This document shows positions 1-7,939 of a DNA stretch of 20,810 nt, piece by piece. The notes under the pieces are model-generated. The model did no database searches and was not told where the DNA came from. It saw only the letters and a program-made list of their open reading frames with translations. The DNA is from Longivirga aurantiaca (GTDB lineage Bacteria; Actinomycetota; Actinomycetes; S36-B12; CAIYMF01): assembly GCF_042660085.1 (NCBI RefSeq), contig NZ_JBHSTI010000005.1, positions 334-21,143 on the forward strand. The letters are read 5' to 3'. Position 1 is the stretch's first letter; each line of letters begins with the position of its first letter. Both the position numbers and the translations under genes were made by a program.

Positions 1-1
1 C

Positions 2-688
2 ATCCTCAAGCATGCCGTGAAGGAGATCGCGGCCAAGCACGGCCACACTGCGAGCTTCATGGCGAAGGTCCGACCCGAGTGGGCGGGATCGTCCGGCCAT
101 GTCCACCAGAGCCTGACGACGCTCGACGGGAAGCCGGCCTTCGCCAACCCGGACGACCCCACCTCGCTCTCGGCGGTAGGCAAGTCGTATGTGGCGGGCC
201 TTCTCGAGCTCGCTCCCGCGCTGACGGCCTTCTTCCTGCCGACCGTGAACTCCTACAAGCGAACGGAAGGCGGAGCCTGGGTCGGATCCGCGGCCACGTG
301 GGGCAAGGACAATCGCACGGTGGCGATGCGAGCGATCCCGTCCGACGGGCCGCCGGCGCGCATCGAGAACCGCTTGGCCGGCGCGGACGCCAACCCCTAC
401 CTGGTGCTCGCCGCGAACATCGCCGCAGGGCTCCATGGGGTGCGGGGCCAGCTGACTCCGCCCGAGCCGCTGACGGGGAACGCCTTCGTGGCTCCCGTCG
501 AGGTAGCCCCGCCCCTGCCCAACACGCTGGCGGCGGCCACGGCGGAACTGCGCGCGTCCGAGGTGGTGCGAGGCCTCCTCGGCGAGCAGTTCGTGACGCA
601 CTACGCGGAGACGCGGGACTGGGAGATCTCGCAGTTCGCCAAGCACGTCACCGACTGGGAGACCGAGAGGTACCTCGAGATCATCTAG
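2..688 (+). CDS. Glutamine synthetase-like protein (catalytic C-terminal part; 5' truncated by window edge)
   Basis: Frame is open from base 2 (ILKHAVKEIAAKHG...). GS motifs: SGHVHQSL, NSYKRTEGGAW, NRTVAMRAIPS, RIENRLAGADANPYLVLAA. Stop TAG 686-688. Confidence 0.93.
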   Translation: MLKHAVKEIAAKHGHTASFMAKVRPEWAGSSGHVHQSLTTLDGKPAFANPDDPTSLSAVGKSYVAGLLELAPALTAFFLPTVNSYKRTEGGAWVGSAATWGKDNRTVAMRAIPSDGPPARIENRLAGADANPYLVLAANIAAGLHGVRGQLTPPEPLTGNAFVAPVEVAPPLPNTLAAATAELRASEVVRGLLGEQFVTHYAETRDWEISQFAKHVTDWETERYLEII

Positions 689-837
689 TACGCGCGTTCC
701 GCCGGAGGATCGAACGTGCCGCTCCTGGCTCTGGCCCCCATCCAGGATGCTCGACGTACCCGTCGCTCGGGCACATCGCGAGAGCGCGGCATCCCCACCC
801 TCGCCTCTCGCCGACAGCACCTCGTGAAGGGACCACC

Positions 838-1632
838 GTGGTCGTGCCGCGCTACCTGACACCTGAGGACGTCATGCCGGAGGACGAGGGGGCGCGAACC
901 GGCCCCGTGGTCAACGTGCACGTGTCACTTAACTTCCCCGAGATGACGGCCCACACCGCGGACCTCATGCGGAAGTCGATCCGCTCGGCGCTGACCGCGC
1001 TCGCTGAGCGCGACGGGGACTGGCGCCTGGTCGACACCTCGGGGGAGCTCCCGGAGCCGCGCGAGTGCCTCGGCGACGGCGTTCTGGTGCTGGGCGGCGG
1101 CGACGTCGACTCGGAGCTCTACGGCGTGCCCGGCCCGGTGCCGCACGAGTTCGGCGTGGACGAGCGTGCGGACCGGTTCACCATCGCGGTTCTGAGGGAG
1201 GCCCTGGGCGCCGAGGTGCCCGTCCTCGCCGTGTGCCGGGGCGCCCAGCTCCTCAACGTGGCGCTGGGGGGCACGCTGGTCCCGCATCTCGACGATTCTC
1301 AGCACCTGCACCGCGGGGCCAGTGCGGACGATCTCTTCGTCGACGAGCACGTGGTCGTCGAGCCGGGGACCAGGCTCGCCGAGCTGTTGGGCCACCGGGA
1401 GTGGACCGTGCGGGCGGCGCACCACCAGGCCGTCGACGTCGTCGCTCCCGAGCTGCGTCTGGCCGCGAGGTCGGTGGACGGCGTGGTGGAGGCGGTGGAG
1501 CACCCGGACAAGTGGGCCTTCGGAATCCAGTGGCACCCGGAGGACGACGACGGCCACGGCCACGACCTCGCCCTGCTCTGGGGCGCCCTGTGCCAGGAGG
1601 CGGGCCGCGCCCGCAACCTGTCGGAGCCGTGA
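838..1632 (+). CDS. Gamma-glutamyl-gamma-aminobutyrate hydrolase (PuuD)-like class I glutamine amidotransferase family protein
   Basis: VLGGGDVDSELYG, nucleophile motif VCRGAQLLNVALGGTLVPHL, FGIQWHPEDD. GTG at 838 is preceded by GAAGGG; the ORF-track start at 79 runs back over the GS gene in another frame and is not the real start. Confidence 0.88.
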   Translation: MVVPRYLTPEDVMPEDEGARTGPVVNVHVSLNFPEMTAHTADLMRKSIRSALTALAERDGDWRLVDTSGELPEPRECLGDGVLVLGGGDVDSELYGVPGPVPHEFGVDERADRFTIAVLREALGAEVPVLAVCRGAQLLNVALGGTLVPHLDDSQHLHRGASADDLFVDEHVVVEPGTRLAELLGHREWTVRAAHHQAVDVVAPELRLAARSVDGVVEAVEHPDKWAFGIQWHPEDDDGHGHDLALLWGALCQEAGRARNLSEP

Positions 1633-1791
1633 GCCCGACGGCCCTCCGTCGAGCCGCCCACCCGTCGCCCAACCCAGTTGCGCAGGCCGCACGGTGATCG
1701 TGAGGGCGATCATGGCCAAGGAGCCGGGTGGGCGAGCCGACGCTGCTCGGTCGCTCGGGGGCGCCGTCCTCGGCGCTGAGGCCCCGGCGGG

Positions 1792-2172
1792 TCACGCCTC
1801 GAGGACCGCCCCCATGAGCTCCAGGGTGGCGGGCATGCCGCCGTTGCCCCGCAGGGCCTTCGCGACGTAAGGGACCGGCTCCCTGCCCGCGGGGCTTGTC
1901 GCGGTCTCGGTGGCCAGGACCGCGTCGTACGTGCTCTCGACGCACCTCGCCTCGCTCGAAGTCCCGGGTGGGCCGTCACGGCGAGGGGAAGGCTCCAACC
2001 ACTCGGTGGACACGGTCAGCACGTCGACTACGGCATCCGGCCATGTGCCAGCCGCGGCCACCGTGCCTGGCGGCCTGACCAGCACTGCAGCAGAACACTG
2101 GTCGACGTCCCTCAAGGTCGGCCAGAACAGGTCATTCAGAGGATGGACTGGGGTGTCGAGGAGACTCGTCAT
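1792..2172 (-). CDS. Hypothetical protein, possible
   Basis: 126-aa open frame in an otherwise unexplained intergenic stretch; no family recognised; several overlapping ORFs compete. Confidence 0.3.
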   Translation of the reverse strand: MTSLLDTPVHPLNDLFWPTLRDVDQCSAAVLVRPPGTVAAAGTWPDAVVDVLTVSTEWLEPSPRRDGPPGTSSEARCVESTYDAVLATETATSPAGREPVPYVAKALRGNGGMPATLELMGAVLEA

Positions 2173-2699
2173 GTCAACTCTTCATGAGCGGCAGCTGTTG
2201 CGAGCGTCCTCGAAGCTCTGCTGCCGCCCACCGGCCCCAACTGTCCACGAGTGCCGTCGAAACCACGACTCGATGCCATCCAGTGGCGACTTCAAGCGAC
2301 TCTTGGGTGTACTCCTGGCCGGACTTGTACGAGTCGGTCCAGACAAACAGGCGAACGAGAAGGAAGGCCGTGTCGCCACACGGCACCTTCTCGTATCCTC
2401 GAGCCCCTCCGGAAACGCCACGGTCCTCGCAACTCCTCAAATCGAGGTGTTGCGAGGACCGCGTGAACCCGTCTCGAGGTCGGGGCCGTCGTCGTTCGTC
2501 GGGCTTCCTGTCCCGCTGTTCTCGGCTCACCCGAACGAGGCCGTCGCCAGGCGATGCCGCGTGCGGAGGCCGAGCTGCGTCGGGCCCTCCACCCGGGTGC
2601 TTCCGCCTCTGCGCTCAGGAGCGGAGCGAGCCCGACGGGTCGACGTGTCGTCCCGCGGCGCTTCGGGCGCCGGCGCTGCGTCTCGGGCGTTATCATCCG

Positions 2700-2713
2700 A
2701 TCAATCGATTGAT
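2700..2713. promoter_or_regulatory. Candidate TetR operator
   Basis: Perfect 14-bp palindrome ATCAATCGATTGAT followed by further GATT repeats, 42 bp upstream of the TetR start codon. Confidence 0.5.
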
Positions 2714-2755
2714 TGATTGCTGGTGAGGGGTCTGGGCGGGAGGAGGCACGGCGGG

Positions 2756-3412
2756 ATGAAGTCCGACGACGTGCTCCGGGCCGCGGTGCTGCTGTTCGCG
2801 CGACAGGGTTACGCCGCGACGGGTATCCGTGAGATCGCGCGTGAGGTCGGCCTGAACTCCGCGACGCTATACCACTACGCGAACGGCAATGAGGGGCTGC
2901 TCGTCGCCGTCATGCAGAGCTGCCTCGACGAGCTCCTCCGCTCGACCGACGAGGCCCTCCGTCACAGCGACGACCCGCAGGTGCAGCTCGGGCGGCTGAT
3001 CCGGGCCCATGTCGGGCTCTCGGCCCTCAACCCGCTGTCCTCCCGTGTGACGGATCAGGCGTTCCGTTCCTTGGGGCCTGCCAACCGCGCATCGCTGCTG
3101 GTGCTGCGGGACAGCTACGAGTCGCAGCTGGGTGCCGTGATCGATGCCGGCGCCCGAGCCGGTCTCTTCGATGTCGCCGACCCTCGGCTCACCCGGCTGG
3201 CGATCCTTGAGATGTGCAACGGCGTCGCGAACTGGTACCGCCAGGCCGGCCGCCTGCCGATGCGGGCCGTGCAGATGCAGTTCGTCGACTTTGGCTGCCG
3301 CCTCGTCGGTGCGCCGGTGATGGACGAGGCGGAGCTGGGCCCCGTGCAGACGCCGCACCTACTTCGCTGCGAGCCGTACGCCTCACCCGACACGATGGAG
3401 GACCTAGGTTGA
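2756..3412 (+). CDS. TetR/AcrR family transcriptional regulator
   Basis: N-terminal HTH: LRAAVLLFARQGYAATGIREIAREVGLNSATLYHYANGNEGLL. ATG 2756 preceded by GGAGG (gggaggaggcacggcgggATG). Stop 3410-3412. Confidence 0.92.
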   Translation: MKSDDVLRAAVLLFARQGYAATGIREIAREVGLNSATLYHYANGNEGLLVAVMQSCLDELLRSTDEALRHSDDPQVQLGRLIRAHVGLSALNPLSSRVTDQAFRSLGPANRASLLVLRDSYESQLGAVIDAGARAGLFDVADPRLTRLAILEMCNGVANWYRQAGRLPMRAVQMQFVDFGCRLVGAPVMDEAELGPVQTPHLLRCEPYASPDTMEDLG

Positions 3413-4290
3413 ACATCACCGATGCGCGCGTCCGACTCCCGCAGGACCGACGGACCAGTGCGAGCTACTCGGCTCCGGCCCGGCAGACGGAGCAGTACGA
3501 CCGCGTCCTCGGGCTGACCGACAAGATGAACGGCGGCACGCTGTCCGGCCTGCTGAAGGAGATGGACGCCGTCGGCATCAGCCGCGCCGTGATGCATGCC
3601 GAGTCCGAAGGGGGCGAGGACGCCGATGCGCTCAACACCGCTCTGCGCTCCGTGCTCGACGAGCACCCCGACCGGTTCTTGGGCGTGGGCTGCGTCGACG
3701 TGACCCTGTCATCGCCGACCGCGATCGCGGCGCAGGCCGCGCGCGCGCAGGACCTCGGGCTGCTGGGGGTGTCGTTCCAGCCTGCATTCTTCGGCCTCGA
3801 CATCGACGACCGCCGTCTCTACCCGCTCTACTCCAGGGCGGAGGAGATCGGCCTCGTCGTCGCCGTCCACACGGGGATCAACTACAGCCGCCTGCACCCG
3901 ATCAAGCACGAGCGCGCGGAGAACCTCGATCAGGTCGCCTGCGACTTTCCCGACCTGCGGCTCATCGCCTGCCACGCGGGCTGGCCCTGGGTGACCGAGT
4001 TCGCGGCTGTTGCGCGGCGCCATCCGACGGTCTTCCTCGAGTACGGCGCCATCGCACCCAAGTACGTCGCGAGGCCTGGCACGGGTTGGGATGTCCAGTT
4101 CGCCATGATGGCTAACGTCCTTCGGGATCAGGTGCTCTACGGGAGCGATTGGCCGATGATCAGCCCGAGCCGGGCCGTGCAGGAATGGCGGGACTCCGGT
4201 CTGCCGGACGCGGCGCTGGAGGCGCTGCTCTCGCGCAACGCCGAGCGGCTCTTCGGTCTTGAGGGCGGCGGCGTGGGACTGCCGACGTGA
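3409..4290 (+). CDS. Amidohydrolase-2 family (metal-dependent hydrolase) protein
   Basis: TTG start 3409 overlaps the TetR stop (TTGA) with GGAGG upstream. HPDRFLGVGCVD, LGLLGVSFQPAFFG, VAVHTGINY, LRLIACHAGWPWV, VLYGSDWPMI, NAERLFGL are typical of this superfamily. Confidence 0.85.
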   Translation: MNITDARVRLPQDRRTSASYSAPARQTEQYDRVLGLTDKMNGGTLSGLLKEMDAVGISRAVMHAESEGGEDADALNTALRSVLDEHPDRFLGVGCVDVTLSSPTAIAAQAARAQDLGLLGVSFQPAFFGLDIDDRRLYPLYSRAEEIGLVVAVHTGINYSRLHPIKHERAENLDQVACDFPDLRLIACHAGWPWVTEFAAVARRHPTVFLEYGAIAPKYVARPGTGWDVQFAMMANVLRDQVLYGSDWPMISPSRAVQEWRDSGLPDAALEALLSRNAERLFGLEGGGVGLPT

Positions 4291-5807
4291 CCCTGACCCT
4301 GTCCTCGCAGCTCCGTACGGCAGCGGAGGACTCCCCGGACAGGGTGTTCATCCGAACCATGGGCGAGGAGCTCACCTACGCCGAGACGTGGACCCGCGTG
4401 CGGGTGCGCGCCGGGCAGCTCCGGGAGGCCGGGATCCGGCGCGGGGACTCCGTGGCAGTCGTAATGGACAACAGCGCCGATCAGATCGTGATCTGGTTCG
4501 CCCTGAATGCACTGGGTGCCCTGCATGCAGCGCTCAACACCGCGTTCACCGACGCACGGCTGGCGCACAACCTCAGGGTCTCGAAGGCATCGTGGGTGCT
4601 GGCCGACGACCAGTACCTGGCAGACGTCCAGCGCGGCATCGGGACCCATGAGTTGCCCGCGCGTGTGATCCCCTCGAGTGCCGTCGGCTCGCTGCCGGGG
4701 GCACCGGTGGACGAGGCGGAGCAGGTCGACGACCTGGCCACGGCCACCCTTCTGTTCACCTCGGGCACCACGGGCGCGTCGAAGGCGTGCGCCCTGTCCA
4801 ACCGCTACCTGGTCCGGGCCGGCCAGCTGCACGTGACGTACCTTGGGCTGACGTCCGACGACGTCCTCTACAGCCCCTTCCCTCTCTTCCACATAGACGC
4901 GGCGACCCTCACGGTGTCGGCCGCCCTGGTGGCCCGAGCGACCGCGGCGATCGGGCTGCGGTTCAGCGCCTCACGGTTCTGGGACGAGGTGCGGGCCATG
5001 GACGCCACCGTCTTCAACTTCATGGGCGCCACGCTGACGATCCTGTGGAAGCGCGACCCCGACCCGCGCGACAGCGACCATCGGGTCCGGCTCGCCTGGG
5101 GCGTGCCGATCCCCGAGTGGAAGGCCGAGTTCGAGCACCGGTTCGGGTTCCCGCTGTTCCAGGTCTACGGGCTGACCGATGGAGGACTTCCCGCCTACGA
5201 CCCCATCGACGGCTCGCAGCGGCCGGGGTTCGCCGGGCGCGTGATCCCCGAGTACGAGGTGCGCATCGACACCGCCGCGCGACGGCACGGCGACCCCGAG
5301 GGCGTGGGCGAGATCCTCATGCGCTCCCGGGAGCCGGGTCTGATGATGAACGGGTACTTCGGGGACCCCGCAGCGACCGAGAAGGCGATCGTGGACGGGT
5401 GGCTGCGTACGGGCGACCTCGGGCTGCTCGATGGTGACGGCTATCTGGCCTTCCACGGTCGTCTGACGGACTCTATCCGCCGTCGAGGCGAGAACATCTC
5501 CGCCTTCGAGGTCGAAGAGCTCGTCGGATCCCACCCGGACGTGGTCGAGGTCGCCGCGGTCGGTGTGCCCAGCGACCTGACCGAGGAGGACGTGCAGGTG
5601 TGGGTCGTTGCGCGCCAGGGCAGCGGACTCACGGCCGAGACCCTCCACCGCGATCTGGCCGAACGTGGTCCCCGCTACCTCGTTCCCCGCTACTACGCGT
5701 TCGTTCCGGCCCTCCCGAAGACGCCGACGGAGAAGGTGGAGAAGTTCGAGCTGCGGTCGGCGGGCACGAGCACGTCGTGGGACTCCGAGGCCACCAGCGG
5801 CGACTAG
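4287..5807 (+). CDS. AMP-dependent acyl-CoA synthetase/ligase (CaiC-like)
   Basis: GTG 4287 overlaps preceding stop (GTGA). LLFTSGTTGASKACALS, VYGLTDGG, GWLRTGDLG, GRLTDSIRRRGENISAFEVE, and C-terminal LPKTPTEKVEKFELR with the catalytic-lysine context. Confidence 0.93.
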   Translation: MTLTLSSQLRTAAEDSPDRVFIRTMGEELTYAETWTRVRVRAGQLREAGIRRGDSVAVVMDNSADQIVIWFALNALGALHAALNTAFTDARLAHNLRVSKASWVLADDQYLADVQRGIGTHELPARVIPSSAVGSLPGAPVDEAEQVDDLATATLLFTSGTTGASKACALSNRYLVRAGQLHVTYLGLTSDDVLYSPFPLFHIDAATLTVSAALVARATAAIGLRFSASRFWDEVRAMDATVFNFMGATLTILWKRDPDPRDSDHRVRLAWGVPIPEWKAEFEHRFGFPLFQVYGLTDGGLPAYDPIDGSQRPGFAGRVIPEYEVRIDTAARRHGDPEGVGEILMRSREPGLMMNGYFGDPAATEKAIVDGWLRTGDLGLLDGDGYLAFHGRLTDSIRRRGENISAFEVEELVGSHPDVVEVAAVGVPSDLTEEDVQVWVVARQGSGLTAETLHRDLAERGPRYLVPRYYAFVPALPKTPTEKVEKFELRSAGTSTSWDSEATSGD

Positions 5808-5938
5808 CCTCGATCTTTCGCGCGGGGTCTGATCTGGTGGCGTGACACGGGTCTTGAAAGCACGGAAGTGCCTGTCCTGGTTGGGAAACTACTGATTGTC
5901 AAGGTCAGCAAGTTCCCAGCGAGGAAGGCACTCCGTAG

Positions 5939-6229
5939 GTGAAGAATAGCCGCCGGGTCGTCCCGGTCATCATGGACCCGTCGAACGAGTCGCTGATCTC
6001 CTCCGCGGGTGGGTCGCTGTTGCTGGCCACAGCTCGGGCGACCGGCCTGGATCGGGCGCTGTCAGCGGGGTTGGCTCCGTGGCGGGTACCGCGGGCGGTC
6101 CACGACCCGGGCAAGGTGATCCTTGATCTCGCGGTCGCGTTGGCCCTGGGCGGGGACTGTCTCGCGGATGTCGCGGCCCTGCGTGCCCAGCCGACACTCT
6201 TCGGTGCGGTCGCCTCGGATCCGACGGTG
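5939..6229 (+). pseudogene. IS1380-family-like transposase, N-terminal fragment only
   Basis: PGKVILDLAVALALGGDCLADVAALRAQPTLFGAVASDPTV matches the family N-terminus; family-like sequence ends at codon 97 and the frame continues as unrelated residues to 6385. Confidence 0.75.
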
Positions 6230-6281
6230 TTGAACCACCCTGGGTTGCTTGGAGGCTCCATCAAACCCAGGGAGGTTCACC
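6229..6281. repeat. 53-bp imperfect palindrome at the transposase breakpoint
   Basis: Left arm gttgaaccaccctgggttgcttggag, centre g (6255), right arm ctccatcaaacccagggaggttcacc; 21 of 26 positions complementary. Confidence 0.75.
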
Positions 6282-6620
6282 GAGGCCGGTCCGACGGCCC
6301 TGGGACCGGTGGCGAAGGACGCCACGTGCATCGAGACACTGCGCGCAAGCCCATCCCTGTCCCCCGCGGCATCAGGTTCTGGTGACGGGCTCGAAGCCAC
6401 GACCCCGGTCACGCGCCCGGCACCGCCAATCACATGCCCACCCGCGTCCTGCACGCCGCCACCGACCAATACCCAGGAGCGTCAGCCGTTCGCCCGCGCG
6501 TGGACCGCGTGGGCTCCCCTTGGGCTAAGCCATGGCCACAAGGGGCCAAACAAGGCCAGCAGAGGGCAAGAGGCTGTTGGGTGAAATTCCCGGAACCCCT
6601 ACAGGACATGGAATCTGTGG

Positions 6621-6663
6621 GGAGCGGGTGACGGGAATCGAACCCGCACTGTCAGCTTGGGAA
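6621..6663 (-). mobile_element. tRNA-Gly(CCC)-like 3'-end fragment, candidate att site
   Basis: Minus strand TTCCCAA-GCTGA-CAGT-GCGGG-TTCGATT-CCCGT-CACCCGC-T-CC: anticodon loop with CCC, 3' anticodon stem, T arm, 3' acceptor strand, discriminator. No 5' half (GCGGGTG... or TCAGC) precedes it. Confidence 0.78.
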
Positions 6664-6687
6664 CTTGCCGGCCTTAGTTCCCAAGCT
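6654..6687. repeat. Perfect 12-bp inverted repeat, 10-nt loop
   Basis: agcttgggaact (6654-6665) / tgccggcctt / agttcccaagct (6676-6687). Overlaps the tRNA fragment and the stop codon of the 6686-7660 gene. Confidence 0.85.
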
Positions 6688-7660
6688 ACCCGTTGCTCGC
6701 CGAAGCGATGGCCTCGACGAGGTGGCTGAGGTCTTGGTCGATAGCGGTAACTTGAGCGGTAACGGCGGCAGTAATTGCTGCATCGGTGGCGAGAGCAAGA
6801 CGACCGCGAACCCAAGAGAGGAACTTCCGTGCGGCGCCACCGTCGGGGCGGGCCGACTGCAGGTCGGCCTCGGCGGCGGCCACGAGCTGCTGCCCCTCTT
6901 CTGAGTCACCCGCCAGCTCGAAGCGGCCAAGGATCTTGACCAGGCCACTCATCGCCAAGACGAGTTGCTCACTGGTCACGTCCACGTTCATGACCTGTCG
7001 CGCGTTGTCGCCCGTTGCCACCTGCACCTGTTGGCCGCTGACGTTCCAGGTGATTTGCTGCAACGTCACTGCTTCCCGCGAGCTCACGTACGCGTCGGGG
7101 TCCGAGTCGTACTGCTCCACGCAGACTAGGCCAGCGTCGGTGAGCCGCGGTCGAATAGGCCCGTTGTTGCCGTTCGAGCGCGGACCGTCTATCAACTGCG
7201 TTCGTGCAAGCCACCCTGCCGCACGATCCGATTCTTCGACGGTGAACGGATCTCCGTAGAAGCGGGATAGCCTGCTAAGGCTCCAATCACCCCAGTTCGC
7301 GAACTGCCCGCTTTCCTCCGTGGCGTCCGATTCTGCAAGCCATCGGAGGATGCCGCGTCGGACGGCAGCGCGGCGGCCGAGGACGTCACTGCGTTGTAGG
7401 TGGCGGCGAGTCACGGCGGAACGACCCTCCGGCGTGACCTCTGCAGCCATTCCTGGTAGCCCACCCATCCCGCTGTGGTCACGGATCAAGCCTGCCGCAG
7501 TCAGGCGTGACACGTCCTGATACGCGATACGCGTGTTTTCGGGGTCATTGTCGTAGAAGCCTGCGAGGTATGGGATTCCCTCAGCCTGCTCCACCATCCA
7601 CTCCAGCAGGCGGTGGCCACGCTCAGCGTCGGGGTCGGTATCGACCCAAGGGAAAGTCAT
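6686..7660 (-). CDS. Uncharacterised protein: HTH-like N-terminal region, Asn/Val-rich connector and Ala-rich helical C-terminus
   Basis: ATG at 7660 (MTFPWVDTDPDAERGHRLLEWMVEQ...), stop TAG 6688-6686. DVSRLTAAGLIRDHSG...AEVTPEGRSAV resembles winged-helix folds; ITWNVSGQQVQVATGDNARQVMNVDV connector; C-terminal FLSWVRGRLALATDAAITAAVTAQV helices. Confidence 0.72.
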   Translation of the reverse strand: MTFPWVDTDPDAERGHRLLEWMVEQAEGIPYLAGFYDNDPENTRIAYQDVSRLTAAGLIRDHSGMGGLPGMAAEVTPEGRSAVTRRHLQRSDVLGRRAAVRRGILRWLAESDATEESGQFANWGDWSLSRLSRFYGDPFTVEESDRAAGWLARTQLIDGPRSNGNNGPIRPRLTDAGLVCVEQYDSDPDAYVSSREAVTLQQITWNVSGQQVQVATGDNARQVMNVDVTSEQLVLAMSGLVKILGRFELAGDSEEGQQLVAAAEADLQSARPDGGAARKFLSWVRGRLALATDAAITAAVTAQVTAIDQDLSHLVEAIASASNG

Positions 7661-7665
7661 GCGCC

Positions 7666-7671
7666 GATCAT
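7666..7671 (-). promoter_or_regulatory. Candidate -10 element of a leaderless promoter for the 6686-7660 gene
   Basis: Minus strand TATGAT-CGGCGC-ATG: the hexamer ends 6 nt before the start codon; no Shine-Dalgarno; no convincing -35. Confidence 0.4.
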
Positions 7672-7826
7672 ATTGAGGTTCCCGCAGCTGCCCGAGGCTT
7701 GAGAATGGCGTTGTGACACCGCTACGGCGGCGCTTGTCGTGGCCTCGACGGCGGCAGCGCAGAACAGCGACCATGTACCGGCGGTCTCGTTCTTCGCACA
7801 GGGTCGTCATTTCGGAGTTGAGAGTG

Positions 7827-7857
7827 GCCGGTCTCGTTGCCGGCGGGATAGACCGGC
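7827..7857. repeat. Inverted repeat in divergent intergenic region (possible operator)
   Basis: gccggtct (7827-7834) ... agaccggc (7850-7857), perfect 8-bp arms, 15-nt spacer. Confidence 0.4.
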
Positions 7858-7939
7858 GGCATAGAGAGGACGCCGCTTCCCGAGCGACACGTCGAGCGCA
7901 GAGCCACCGCCGTCGGACCCACCCGTCAGAATCATTCGT

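Noticed and set aside
79-837. 5' extension of the PuuD-like ORF
   Set aside because: Overlaps the GS gene out of frame with low-complexity Arg-rich translation; GTG 838 with its own RBS is a better start.
2174-2726. Overlapping ORFs between the hypothetical gene and TetR
   Set aside because: Six-frame competing ORFs with biased composition and no RBS or motif; cannot support any one of them.
6654-6687. Canonical rho-independent terminator
   Set aside because: The hairpin is strong but neither strand has a following T tract; kept as an inverted repeat only.
6532-6729. ORF containing VTGIEPALSAWELAG
   Set aside because: Familiar artefact of translating the antisense of tRNA 3' sequence; explained by the Gly tRNA fragment.
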